Part shown: positions 26,322-38,325 of the stretch, piece after piece
Numbering within the stretch: the stretch's first letter is position 1
Layout of the letters: each line of letters begins with the position of its first letter
NCBI GenBank assembly: GCA_035221665.1
Contig: CM069156.1
Location: 36,022,001 to 36,086,000 of the forward strand
Direction of reading: 5' to 3'
Source: Okamejei kenojei
Taxonomy: Eukaryota
Length of the DNA stretch: 64,000 nt
Position numbers and translations under genes: made by a program
Notes under the pieces: model-generated
What the model was told of the DNA's origin: nothing
Seen by the model: only the letters and a program-made list of their open reading frames with translations
Database searches by the model: none

Positions 26322-26800
26322 ACTTTAATTCTCCTTCCCATTCCCACACTGACTTTTCTGTCCTAAGTCTCCTCCATTGTCAGAGTGAGGCTAAACGCAA
26401 ATTGGAGGAACAGCATCTCATATTTCGCTTGGGCAGCTCACAGCCCAGTGGTATGAATATTGATGTCTCTCACTTCAGGTAGCCCCGGCATTCCCTCTCT
26501 CTCTATCCCTCCCCCACCCAAGTCGCACCAGCTTCTCGTTTTCACCCAACAAACAGCTAACAATGGCCTGTTTCCATTATTATCATCATTACTTTTTTGC
26601 ATATCTTTCATTCATTGTTCTTTATCTCTCCACATCATCATCTATATCTCTCGTTTCCCTTAACCCTAGCCAGTCTAAAGAAGGGTCTCGACCAGAAACG
26701 TCACCCATTCCTTCTCTCCAGAGATGCTGCCCATCCCGCTGAGTTACTCCAGTTTTTTGTGTCCATCTTCAGTTTAAACCGGCATCTGCAGTTCCTTCCT
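26322..26800 (+). mobile_element. Penelope-like element 3' end (GIY-YIG C-terminus plus pseudo-LTR with hammerhead-like motif)
   Basis: FNSPSHSHTD.SVL.LLHCQSEAKRKLEEQHLIFRLGS.QP.GMN. Related fragments at about 17430-17730, 40150-40290 and 44580-44920. Confidence 0.8.
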
Positions 26801-29800
26801 CCACATATTGGCTACTGGAGGTATGGTGCAGCTTCATAGGACTTTGGTTAGGCCCCATTTGGAACTTTACTTAGCCCAATACAGGAAGGATGTGGAGAAT
26901 GGGGAGGTGGTTTATCAGAATGATTGACACAAGGAACTGCAGGTGCTGGTTTCCAAATTAAAACAAATTGCTGGAGTAACTCAGCAGGTCATCTCTGGAG
27001 AATAAAAGAATGTACAATTAGAAAGGAGATGAGGAAGAGGGTGGTGAATCTGTGGGATTTATTCCCACAGAGGGCTGCGGATGTCAAGACAATAGATATT
27101 TTTAAGGGGAGAGAAAGAAAGATTCTTGGTTAGCACGGGTGTCAGAGATTATGGGGAGAAGGCAGGAGAATGGGGTTAGGAAGGAGAGATAGATCAGCCA
27201 TGATTGAATGGCGGAGTAGACTTGATGGGCCGAATGGCCTAACTCAGCTCCTATGAACAAGCATAGATGTTTCAGATCAGGTCTGAAGAAGGTAGGTGAT
27301 GCAAAACATCGCCCATCTATGTTATCTGAAGATGCTGCAAATCCCACTGTTATTCCTGCACCTTTTTAGCAGATTGATGTCTGGATTAGTGGGTTCTAGC
27401 TACACTGAGAGGCTGGACAGACTTTTTATTTTCTGGAAAGCCAGTGGTTGAGGGGAGGAAGACCTGATAGAAGGTTATAAAATTACGAGAGGGTAGACAA
27501 TCAGAACCTTTTTTCCAGGAGGGCAAAATCAAATACTAGAGGGCATAGTTTTAACATTAGAGGGGCAAAGTTTAAAGGAGATGTGTGGTACTAGTGTTTT
27601 TTCACACAGAGGGTGGTGGGTGCCTGGAACGCTCTGCCGGGGGTGGGGGTGGAGATACGATAGTGGCGTTCAAAAGGCTTTTGGATAGGCACATGGATAT
27701 GGAGGGATAAGGATTTTAACTTGGTTTCATTTCAAGATGCAGCCCAGAAACAGGCCCTTCGGCCCACCGAGTCGAGTCCGTGCCGACCAGGGATCACCCG
27801 TGCACTCGCAGTGTCCTGCAGTCTAGGGCCAATTTACAATTTTACAGAAGACAATTAACCTACAAACCTGCGCGTCTTTGGAGTGCGGGAGGAAACTGGA
27901 GCACCTGGAGAAAGCCCACGGGGTCCTGGCGAGAAACTCTTTTTCAGCCAGCACCCGTAGTCAGGATCGAACCCGGGTCTCTGGCGCTGTAAGGCAGCAA
28001 CTCTACCGCTGCGCCACGGTGCAGAGTTGGTCTTGGCATCGTGTTCAGCTCATTGTGGGCTGAAGGGCCAGATCCTGTGCTGTACTATAATATGATCAAT
28101 GAAGATTAAATGAGAAAAGCAGTTATTCCAGTTCTTTTGGGTTTTATTTTAATCCCTGTGTTAAACCCAGAGGCGTGTCCCTGACAGGCACATTCCTTTC
28201 ATTGAAAGAACAATGAACACAACTCATGAGGATAACGAGTTCAGTGACAATAAATTGTTCATCTCAGCCACCCACGCATGTTTCCTGCTCTCTTTATTAC
28301 AGTGGCTCCCTGATTAAAAATATGATGAGCATTTGACGGGATGAACTGGGCCTGTACTCGCTGGAGTTTAGAAGGATGAGTGGGATCCTCATTGGAACAT
28401 ACAGAATAGCGAAAGGCTTGGACAGAGTGGGTGTGGAGAGGATGTTTCCACTAGTGGGAGAGTCTAGGAAAAGAGGTCATAGCCTCAGAATTAAAGGACG
28501 TTCTTTTAGGAAGTTGATGAGGAGGAATTTCTTCAGTCAGAGGGTGGTGAATTGGTGGAATTCTTTGCCACAGAAGGCTGTGGAGGCCAAGTCAATGGAT
28601 ATTTTTAATGCAAAGATAGATAGATTCTTGATTTGTATGGGTATCATGGGTTATGGGGAGAAGGCAGGAGAATGGGGTTAGGAGGGAGAGATAGATCAGC
28701 CATGGTTGAATGGCGGAGTAGACTTGATGTAGACTTAATTCTGCTCCCATCACTTATGACGAATGACTATGTCATTGAGTCTTGTTTGCTTCAGAGATAC
28801 AGCGTGGAAACAGGCCCTGCGGCCCACCCACCACCGACAATCCATCGCATTCACAAGTCAGTTGTCACATGTCAAGTCATATTGAGTTGCGGCAAATTTT
28901 CATTGATGAAAACTAATTTAGATTAGTTCAGAGATGCAGCGTGGAAACCTGGCCCTTTGGCCCACCAACCACTCTACCTCCTTAGAAGGCATAGGAAGCT
29001 CTGCATGTCCCCCACAACTCCCATCAACCTCTACAAGTGCGCCGTAGGACGCATTGTATCGGGATGCATCAACGCGTGCAGTGTTCCGATCCATCCCGAC
29101 GCCAGTCTCCATCATCCTGACGAGAGGGCTTGAGCATCGGGCCGTCGGCAGAGGCAGTGCGGAGGGTTCAAGGCCCCAACCACCACGGGTGAACAAAGGA
29201 GGAAGATGCCTGAACTTTACTGCCTTCCATCACAGTGAGGAATGTGGATTCCACTGTGGTGGATGTTCATGTTAAATTTATTGTGTATTGCGTTCGTTTT
29301 TACTTGTATGGCTGTCTGCTAACTCAGATAGCACTGTGCCTTAACTGGTGCATGTGACAATAAACGTGAACTTGGACCCGAACAGCTCCATCCAAGACCG
29401 CAAGAAATTGCAGCGAATTGTGGACGCAGCCCAGACCAACCTCCTCCCTTCTATTGACTCCAAACACCTCTCGCTGCCTCGGCAAGGCCAGCAGCATCAT
29501 CAAGGACCAGTCTCACCCCGGCCACTCCCTCTCCCATCAGGCAAAAGGTACAGAAGTGTGAAAACGCACACCTCCAGATTCAGGACAGTTTCTTCCCAGC
29601 TGTTATCAGGCAACTGAATCATCCTACCACAACCAGAGAGCAGAGCTGAACTACTATCTACCTGTTTGATGACCCTCGGCCTATTTTCGATCGGACTTTG
29701 CTGGCTTTACCTCTCACTAAACGTTATTCCCTTATCATGTGTCTATTCGCTGTAAATGGCTCGATTGTCATCACGTATTGTCTTTGCGCTGACTGGTTAG

Positions 29801-30264
29801 CGTGCAACAGCAGCTTTTCACCGTACCTCGTTACACGTGGCAACTAACTAAACCTAAACTGGCGTTCAGATCAATCTCAAGGCCATGCCATTGATCGCCC
29901 GTTTACACGAGTTCTGTGTTATCCCACTTGTTCATCCCGCACACCAGGAGCAAATTACAGAGGCTAATTAACCTACAAACCCGCACGTCTTTGGGACGTG
30001 GGAGCAAACCGGAAACCCACTTTGTCGCAGGGAGAAGGTGCAAACTCCACACAGACAGCACCCGCGGTCAGGATCGAACCCGGGTCTCCGGCGCTGTGAG
30101 GCAGCAGCTCTACCAGCAGCGCCACTGAAATGTACACGTAATCTAGTGGAGACAATGAAGGGTTCGCCGTTATAGAGTTAAAAATCTGTTGCTCCCAGTT
30201 TCTAATTGTTGCTGCAGCTACAAGAATCGCAGCAGCAATTAGTTCATTTACAAATGTGGTCTAG

Positions 30265-30296
30265 ACCACCCTCTGGTGGTGCCCTGCAGTACTGCC
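30265..30296 (-). promoter_or_regulatory. Candidate CTCF site with upstream (U) motif
   Basis: The minus strand reads GCAGTACTGCAGGGCA-CCACCAGAGGGTGG. Core match plus GCAGTAC at the usual spacing, in a non-repeat island between two convergent genes. Confidence 0.4.
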
Positions 30297-32704
30297 CGAC
30301 AAACGCCTCATAAACAGAGCTAGTGGAGGTTCTACAATGAGTGCTGGAGTCAACCAGAGGGAAGATGATTGTATAATCCTCCCGTTAGTCAACCGCGGTG
30401 ACAACACTGCTAGTTTAGCCTAGTTTACAGATACAGGCCCTTCGGCCCACCGAGTCCGTGCCGACCAGCGATGCCCGCACACTAACACTACCCTACACAC
30501 ACACACACTAGGGACAAGTTACATTTATACCAAAGCCAATTAACGCTCAAACCTGCACGTCTTTGGAGTGCGGGAGGAAACCGGAGCAGCCGGGGAAAAC
30601 CCACGCAGGTCACGGGGAGAACGTACAAACTCCACACAGTCAGCACCCGTACGTCAGGATCGAACCGGCGTCTCTGGCGCTGTGAGGCAGCAACTCTACC
30701 GCCACACCACCGTCCCGCTAGAATTAATCAAGTCCGGTTTAATGCCCTAAATAGTTTAGTTTAGAAATATAGCACAGAAACAGGCTCTTCGGCCCAATGA
30801 GTCCGTGCCGACCACTGATCATCCATTCGCTCTAGTTCTATGTTATCCCACTTTCTCATCCACTCCCTGCACCCATCTTTAGAAAGGAGATGAGGAGGAA
30901 TTTCTTCAGTCAGAGGGTGGTGAATCTGTGGACCTCCAGGTTCAGGAGCTGCTTCTTCCCAACCTCTGGGCTCTGCAACAATACAAACTAAACTACGAAC
31001 TAGGAACGGTTTTGTGTCTAGGGGGAACTGCAGACGCTGGTTAATACTGAAGATAAGACACAAAGTGCTGGAGTAACTCAGTGGGTCACGCAGCATCTCT
31101 GGAGAAAAAGGATAGGTGACGAGCGTTTGACGTTTGACGGCACTGGGCCTGTATTCGCTGGAGTTTAGAAGAATGAGGAGGGGAACTTCATTAAAACTTA
31201 CCAAAGAGTAAAAAGCATGGATAGAGTGGATGCGGAGAGGATGTTCCCACTAGTGGGGGAGTCTAGGACCAGAGGCCACAGCTTCAGTATAAAAGGATGT
31301 ACCTTTAGAAAGGAGATGAGGAGGAATTTCTTTAGAGGGTGCTGAATTCATTGCCAGATGCTGAGGAGGCCTTTGGTTGTTTTTACAGCGGAGATGGACA
31401 GTTTCTTGATTAGTGCGGGCATGAAAGGTTATGAGGAAAAGTCAGAGAACGGGGTTGAGAGGGAGAGATAGATCAGCCATGATTGAATGGTGGAGTAGAC
31501 TCGACGGGCCAAATGGACTAATTCTGCTCCCATGACATGAACTTTCACACAAGGGCCAATTTTATGGAGGCCCAATTAAACCTACAAACCCGCATGTCTT
31601 TGGGATGTGGGAGGAAACCGGAGCACCCGGAGGAAACCCACGCGGTCACAGGGAGAACGCACAAACTCCACACAGAGAGCACCCGAGGACGGGATCGAAC
31701 CCGGGTCCCTGGAGCTGTGAGGCAGCGGCTCTACCAGCCGCCCCATTGATGGTTGCCATGGTTTCCATGCTGTATCTCCAAACTAAAGAGCTGACTTGTT
31801 AAAGCAGTGTGTGTCAACAGTAAAACGTTTAATAAATCAATTGTCCCGAGTGACCAGGATTCTCAAACTCAAATCAAAAGAGGTCACATCATAACAAAGT
31901 AACCACAGACCGCCAGTGTTTGTGCCACGGGCTGTGTAACCAGACGCTGGCAGCACACCAAGCAGAACACAGCAAAAGGCACAAATCTGAAATTAAAAAA
32001 CGGAAAATACTGGAAACACTCAGCAGGCCAGGCAGCTTCTGTGGAGAGAAAAGAAGTTCATCTACCAGAGATAGACACAAAGCGCTGGAGTAACAGCAGG
32101 ACAGGCAGAATCCCTGGAGAGAAGGTACAGGCGACGTTTCAGGTCGAGGCCCTTCTTCACACCGAGAGTCAGGGGAGACGGAGACACAGAGTTATGGAAG
32201 GGTAAGGTGTGAAAACGAGAGATCAAAGGGGGTTAAGATCAAGGAACATGTAGAATAGATCATTGTTAGCTCAGGGAAGGTGACAGATGTTCATTCTGTT
32301 CCTGTGTTGAGGCCTGCAGAGATCATATTGAACAGGGCAGGCCTGGGAGGTCTGCCGGCCTCCTCCTGTGTCCGTGTCTCCTCTCCATTTTGCTTCATCA
32401 CCTGCTGACTATTTCCATCCACATCAGAGAGTGATACGCCATGGAAATAGGCCATTCAGCCCAACTTGTCCATGCTGACGAAGATGCCCCTTCTACTCCA
32501 GTCCCACCGTTGGCCCAGATCCCTCTAAACCTTTCCTCTCCGTGTACCTGTCCAGGTGTCTCTTCTGTTGTTATAGTACCTGCCTCAACTTCCTTCTCTA
32601 ACTTCAAGTAGCTCTTGCAACCCTCTCTCTCCGTACCCCCCCCCCCCCCCCCGTCCCCCGTCCCCCAAGTCATCGTACCAGTTTCAATGTTGTCTTGTTG
32701 AGTC

Positions 32705-33209
32705 CAGAGATGCCAACCCTAAATTTAGTTCACAGTAACATTCAACCCATTTGTCCGTAACAAATGGGGTTAAATGCATTTCTCTCCGTAACATACTCAC
32801 TTGGGGTTGTTGCCGGCGGCTATGCGCCTGCGCACTGGTGCAGATCAGCGGGCTGCCGGCGGGCGGGTGCGGCACATGCGCACTTGGCAAGGTTGCCGGC
32901 GGGTCTGCGCCTGCGCACTGGGTGGGGGTGGGGGTGGGGGGAGGCCCGGTGATGGGGCTGCCGCGAGCGGCCGGCTGGCGGCAAGAAAGTGCCGCTGATC
33001 GCGCGGGCCGGCGCCGCCCGGGCTCTGGGCCGGGCGTGGCTGCGAGCTGCCGGGCTGGCAAACCGGGGGCACATGGCGCCGGCGTTCACCACGGGAGGAA
33101 CACCGGCGTGGCGGTGTTCCGTAACAGCATGTTTGGCTGCCGGAACACCGTAAAAAAGGTTATTTCGCCGGAACAAAATACGGCGAATCCGGGACACTTG
33201 GCATCTCTG
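32705..33209. mobile_element. hAT-type MITE, GC/CpG-rich
   Basis: TIR CAGAGATGCCAA and a perfect 8-bp TSD GTTGAGTC (32697-32704 and 33210-33217). Confidence 0.85.
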
Positions 33210-33313
33210 GTTGAGTCTCATTTTCACACAGGTCACAGCTAACAATGTTAACATCGTTACATTTTTGCATATCTTTCATTCATTTGTTCTATATCTCTCC
33301 CCTGACTCTCAGT

Positions 33314-33341
33314 CTGAAGAAGGGTCTCGACCCGAAACGTC
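33314..33341 (+). ncRNA. Minimal hammerhead ribozyme-like motif in a Penelope pseudo-LTR (representative; the same core is at 63085-63112)
   Basis: CUGAAGA-AGGGUC/GACCC hairpin-GAAACGUC, the architecture known for Penelope-associated minimal hammerheads. Confidence 0.55.
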
Positions 33342-33671
33342 ACGTATTCCTTGTCTCCAGAGATGCTGTCCGACCCGTTGAGTTACTCCAGCATTTTGTG
33401 TCTTTCTTTCCATGATAGCTCGCTCCATACACCCTCTGTGTGAAAAAGTTGCCCCTCAGGTTCCAATTAAATCTTCCCCCCTCACACCTTAAATCTATGT
33501 CCTCTGGTTCTTGATTCGCCTACTCTGGGTAAAATAATCTGGGCGTTTGCCCTAACTGATTCCTTCATGATTTTAAGCACCTCTATAAGATTATCCGTCA
33601 GCCTCCTGTGCACCAACAGTCCCAGCCTGCCTATCCTCTCCCTACAGCTCAGGCCCTCGAGTCCTGGCAAT

Positions 33672-34356
33672 GTCTATGAAAGTAAGCATGCAGGTACAGC
33701 AGGCAGTGAAGAAAGTGAATGGCATGTTGGCCTTTATAATAAGAGGAGTCAAGTATAGGAGCAAAGAGGTCCTTCTGCAGTTGTACAGGGCCCCAGTGAG
33801 ACCACACCTGGAGTATTGTGTGCAGTTTTGGTCCCCTAATTTGAGGAAGGACATTCTTGCTGTTGAGGGAGTGCAGCGTAGGTTCACCAGGTTAATTCCA
33901 GGGATGGCGGGACTGTCATATGCTGAGAGAATGGAGCAGCTGGGCTTGTACACTCTGGACTTTAGAAGGATGAGGGGGGGATCTTATTGAAACATATAAG
34001 ATTGTTAAGGGTTTGGACACGCTAGAGGCTGGAAACATGATCCCGATGTTGGGGGAGTCCAGAACCAGGGGCCACAGTTTAAGAATAAGCGGTAAGCCAT
34101 TTAGAACGGAGACGAGGAAACACTTTTTCTCACAGAGAGTTGTGAGTCTGTGGAATTCTCTGCCTCAGAGGGCGGTGGAGGCCGGTTCTCTGGATACTTT
34201 CAAGAGAGAGCTAGAAAGGGCTCTTAAAGATCGTGGAGTCAGGGGATATGGGGAGAAGGCAGGAACGGGGTACTGATTGGGGATGATCAGCCATGATCAC
34301 ATTGAATGGCAGTGCTGGCTCGAAGGGATGAATAGCCTACTCCTGCACCTATTGTC
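33672..34356 (+). mobile_element. CR1 LINE 3' fragment (same family as 18265-18955)
   Basis: VRPHLEYCVQFWSP and LWNSLPQRAVEA motifs, near-identical to the 18265 copy. Confidence 0.88.
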
Positions 34357-35788
34357 ATCTGCGTGAATCTTCTCTGCATTCTTTCCAACTCAACAACATC
34401 TTTCCCCTAACATGGAGCCCAGAACAGAACACAATACTCTAAATGGGGCCTCATTAACGTCTTATACAACTGCAACATGACCTCCCAACTCTATACATTA
34501 CTCTGGCTAAAGATGCTTTTGGTTTTTTTGGGGGTTTTTTTGAACAACAGGGATGACTCCCAAGTTCATCCTCAGCAGAGAGCATAGACAAGGCTTTTGT
34601 TTTATTGTTCCATCTGAAAAACATTACCTCTGGCAGTGCAGCACTCCATCCGTACAACACTAAAATATTCACCTGGATTTTTTTCATGCAGAGGTCCCTT
34701 GACCTGAACTCACAACCTTCCGGCTGAGGGGTTAGAGCACTACCCAATGAGCCATGGCCAATACCTTTGGAAGTGGAACTTCCAGGTCTCTTCTTTAAGA
34801 AATCAAACCCCAGCCACCTCTGTGTCACACAATCCAAATACCAACCCGCAAATGCACTGAACCTTAGGAACCCTTGGAATAAAGTAGCATCCATTGGGAT
34901 CCAGGTTCAGCTTCGAAAACGGGATCAGGTTTTTTATTTTTTTAATTCCAACAAAGCAACAAATTTCTTTCCTCATCTTGGTCTAAGTACTGCAGCCAAC
35001 TAAGGCAAGAAGATAAGACACAAAATGCTGGAGTCACTCAGCGGGTCAGGCAGCATCTGGGGGAAAAGGAATAGGTGACGTCGCGGGTCGAGACCCTTCT
35101 TCACACTGAGAGACGGGGGAGAGGGAGACTGGAGATATGAAAAAGGTGCAAAGAACAAATGAATGAAAGGCTTGAAAAGAACAAATCAGGGCCGCCCGGC
35201 ACCGATGGCCAAGGAGAGGTGGAGCCCACAATGGTCCATTGTTGCCTGTGGGAGAGGTGATGGCAAAGGGATACGAACTGTGAAACGAAGCAGGATAACC
35301 GTGAAAGACAGGAAGACCTTAGACTTCAGATCAGATATTCACCATGGAAACAGGCCCTTCGGCCCACCAAGTCCGACCCGTCCATACCAGTTCTATGCCA
35401 TCCCAATTGTTGATTGGTGGCGAGTGCAGACCTGGTGGGCCGGTGCGTCTCTCTATGACTCCATGGCTAAAGCTGCTGCTTCAAAGTGCGAAGGTTGTAG
35501 GTTCAGATTCATTTCAAGACACCTTCAGTAAGAATCCTCATTAAATGCCTAGAGGTCAATATTCCTCCCCCAGCAAACAAATTACTGGATGATTTGCCGC
35601 AATGGGTCCATGTGGGTTGCTGGTGTGTCCAATCTCCACCACATTTGCCGTCAGCCACGAGTGTTAAAGAAGTTCATTGGCGGGAAGGCACTTGAACATG
35701 TTCCAAGGACACAAAGGGTTTCTGCATGAGATTAGATCCTTTCTCAGCCTCAGAAGCTGCATCCTGCCTGAAGCGCTCTTCCCTGGGC

Positions 35789-35803
35789 TCAGTATGGCTT
35801 CTT
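35789..35803 (-). CDS. Tapasin-family gene terminal coding exon (KKPY*), C-terminal di-lysine ER-retrieval motif
   Basis: ttctttgtctcccctgcag|AAG AAG CCA TAC TGA. The assembled CDS is 1344 nt, equal to 447 aa plus stop. Confidence 0.7.
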   Translation of the reverse strand, partial: KKPY

Positions 35804-36102
35804 CTGCAGGGGAGACAAAGAAAACGCGAGTGGAAAATCCGCACCGTGGACCGGAACCCCCGCCTCGCCCGCCGCGGAGCGAGGGCACACGCAAACCCGC
35901 CTGGAGGGCCGGGAGGGAGTAAATCCACGGCCTAGACGGGGGAGTGGGCCGCTGGAGGCCCTGCAGCAGCCTGGGGCCCGGCTGGACCGGGGGCCGCTCC
36001 AAGAGGCAGAGCACGTGGACAGGACGTGGCCTACAGCAGTGGAGCAACGGTGGAGGTCATCACGGTTACGCTTAGCCAAGGCAAGGCGACCCTGCAACGT
36101 TG

Positions 36103-36499
36103 CTTGGTTTTTGCTCTGACATGCACTGTCAGCTGTGGGGCCTTAATATAGAGGGGTGTGACTTTCCAAATCATGTCCAATCAATTTAATTTACCACTGG
36201 TGCACTCCAATCAAGTTGTAGAAACATCGCAAGGACAATCAGTGGAAACAGAATGCACCTAAGCTCAATTTTGAGTGTCATAGCAAAGGGTCTGAATACT
36301 TATGTAAATGTGATATTTCAGTTATTTATTTTTAATTACTTTGCCAACATTTCTAATCACCTGTTTTCGCTTTTATATTATGGTGTATTGTGTGTAGATT
36401 GATGATAAAAAAAACGAATGTAATCCATTTTAAAATAAGGCTATAATGTAACAAAACGTAGAAAAAGTGAAGGGGTCTGAATACTTTCTAAATGCACTG
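36103..36499 (-). mobile_element. Left arm of a Tc1-like transposon (IR/DR type), breaking just before the transposase ATG
   Basis: The minus strand begins TA|CAGTGCATTTAGAAAGTATTCAGACCCCTT. The direct repeat GGGTCTGAATACTT occurs twice about 185 bp apart. Confidence 0.8.
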
Positions 36500-36809
36500 T
36501 ACCTTTAGAAAGGAGATCAGGAGGAATTTCTTTGGTTAGATGGTGGTCAATCTGTGGAATTCATTGCCACAGACAGCTATGGAGGCCAAGTCATTGGATA
36601 TTCAGAAGGCAAAGATTGAAAGATATGTGATTAGTACGGGTGCGAGGAGTTACAGGGAGAGGCCAAGAGAATGGAGTTGAGAGGGAACGAAAGATCAGCC
36701 ATGAGGCGGAGTAGACGAGATTGGTCAAATGGCCTACTTCTGCTCCAGTGACTTAGGAATGTTTTCCTGCATGAATAAATGTAGTATTGAAACACAATAT
36801 TTCTCTCAC

Positions 36810-36826
36810 CTTGTTTGTGTCCATAA
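36810..36826 (-). CDS. Tapasin-family gene exon 7: 17-nt micro-exon (VMDTNK)
   Basis: cctttgctttgcag| acceptor and AAG|gtgaga donor. Converts phase 1 to phase 0 as needed to reach the KKPY exon. Confidence 0.65.
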
Positions 36827-37024
36827 CTGCAAAGCAAAGGATACAGCATCAGTACAACTTATGTCAGCACCACCACATCACTGATTCATCATCATTGCTA
36901 GCTTCGTTCAAAACACTTTTTCAAAATGGATAAACTACAGGGCAAAATTCACACGGCTATGTGCGCAAACTCTTTTCTTCCTCTCCACTAAAGCTATAGG
37001 AATGGAAACACATTGGTTATGAAT

Positions 37025-37331
37025 AGTTTAGTTTAGTTTAGTTTAGAGATACAGCGTGGAAACAGGCCCTTCGGCCCACCGAGTCCGTGCCGACCAGCGA
37101 CCCCCGCACCCTAACACTATCCTCCTCACTGGGCACAATTTACAATTTTCACTGAAGCCAATTAACCAACAGGCCTGTACGTCTTGGAGTGTGGGAGGAA
37201 AGCGGAGCATCCGGAGAAAACCCACGCGGGCACAGGGAGGACGTACAAACTCCGTACAGACAGCGCCCGTAGTCAGGATCGAACCCGGGTCTCTGGCGCT
37301 GCGAGGCCGCAACTCTACCGCTGCGCCACCG
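37025..37331 (-). mobile_element. Near full-length V-SINE (HE1-like), representative minus-strand copy
   Basis: Reverse complement of the same head, V-domain and (CTAAA)n tail. Confidence 0.85.
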
Positions 37332-37733
37332 GGCTGCCCCAGTAGACATCAGGCGACGTCATCGTGTGCGGAACAAACCCCAAACTATACATCAACAAAG
37401 GGCGGCACGGTGGCGCAGCGCCAGAGACCCGGGTTCGACCCTGTCTACGGGTGCTGTCTGTGTGGAGTTCGCATGTTCTCCCCGTGACCGTGTGTTTCCC
37501 CAGTTTCCACCCACACTCCAAAGATATGGATGTTTTGGTTTACAAATTGGTGTCTGTAAATTGTCCCTAATGTGTAGGATAGTGCCCGTGTACGGGGTGA
37601 TCGCTGGTCTGCACGGACTCGCTGGGCTGAAGGACCTGACTCCACGCGGTCTCTCTAGTCTAAAGGAATCCTCGAGAGATGGGATCACCTCCCACTCATT
37701 AATAACATGTAAAATAAAACAGAAAGCACTCAC

Positions 37734-37826
37734 CTTTATTCAAGTGAATTAGTAGGATGATCACAATAGCGCAGAAGAATAGGGACAATATTAAAATTAA
37801 GATGTAAAATAATATCTGAGGTCGTG
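37734..37826 (-). CDS. Tapasin-family gene exon 6: transmembrane (ARPQILFYILILILSLFFCAIVIILLIHLNK)
   Basis: ttttttcccacag| acceptor and |gtgagt donor, 93 nt, phase 1/1. About 23 uninterrupted hydrophobic residues. Confidence 0.85.
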
Positions 37827-37944
37827 CTGTGGGAAAAAAAAAATTGAGCATTACTGCTTTGAGACTTGGGACAGGAAGAAGCACTTCAGCCCATATGGAA
37901 CATAATGACGTTAAACTCATCTCCCCTGGCTGCACGTAAGTAAG

Positions 37945-38325
37945 TAATTAAGTAAGTTTATTGGCCAAGTATTCACATACAAGGAATTTGCCTTGGTGCT
38001 CCACCCACAAGTAACAACATGACATATAGTGACAGTTATGAATGACTCAGAAAACACTAAACATTAATAATAATAAAACATTAATGATAAAACACCATTG
38101 ATCAAGCATGTGGACCAACAAAATAGGGAGACTACAGATTTTTGGCTGTTGAGTAGAGCAACTACTCGTGGATAAAAACTGTTTCTATGTCTGGCTGTGG
38201 CGGCTTTGACAGTCCGGAGTCGCCTTCCAGAGGGAAGTGATTCAAAGAGTTTGTGGCCAGGGTGAGAGGGGTCAGAGATGATCTTGCCCGCTCGCTTCCT
38301 GGCCCTTGCATTGTACAGTTCATCA
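37945..38325 (-). mobile_element. Rex1/L2-type LINE 3' fragment (same family at about 4518-4750, +)
   Basis: KIISDPSHPGHKLFESLPSGRRLR...RHRNSFYP. The 3'UTR ggagcaccaaggcaaattccttgtatgtg is shared with 4713-4750. Confidence 0.7.

Noticed and set aside
31889-31987. Possible alternative terminal exon of the tapasin-family gene (tttcag|DLCLLLCSAW...VVTLL*)
   Set aside because: The acceptor and phase are plausible, but there is no homology support and it borders a Penelope fragment. RNA evidence is needed.
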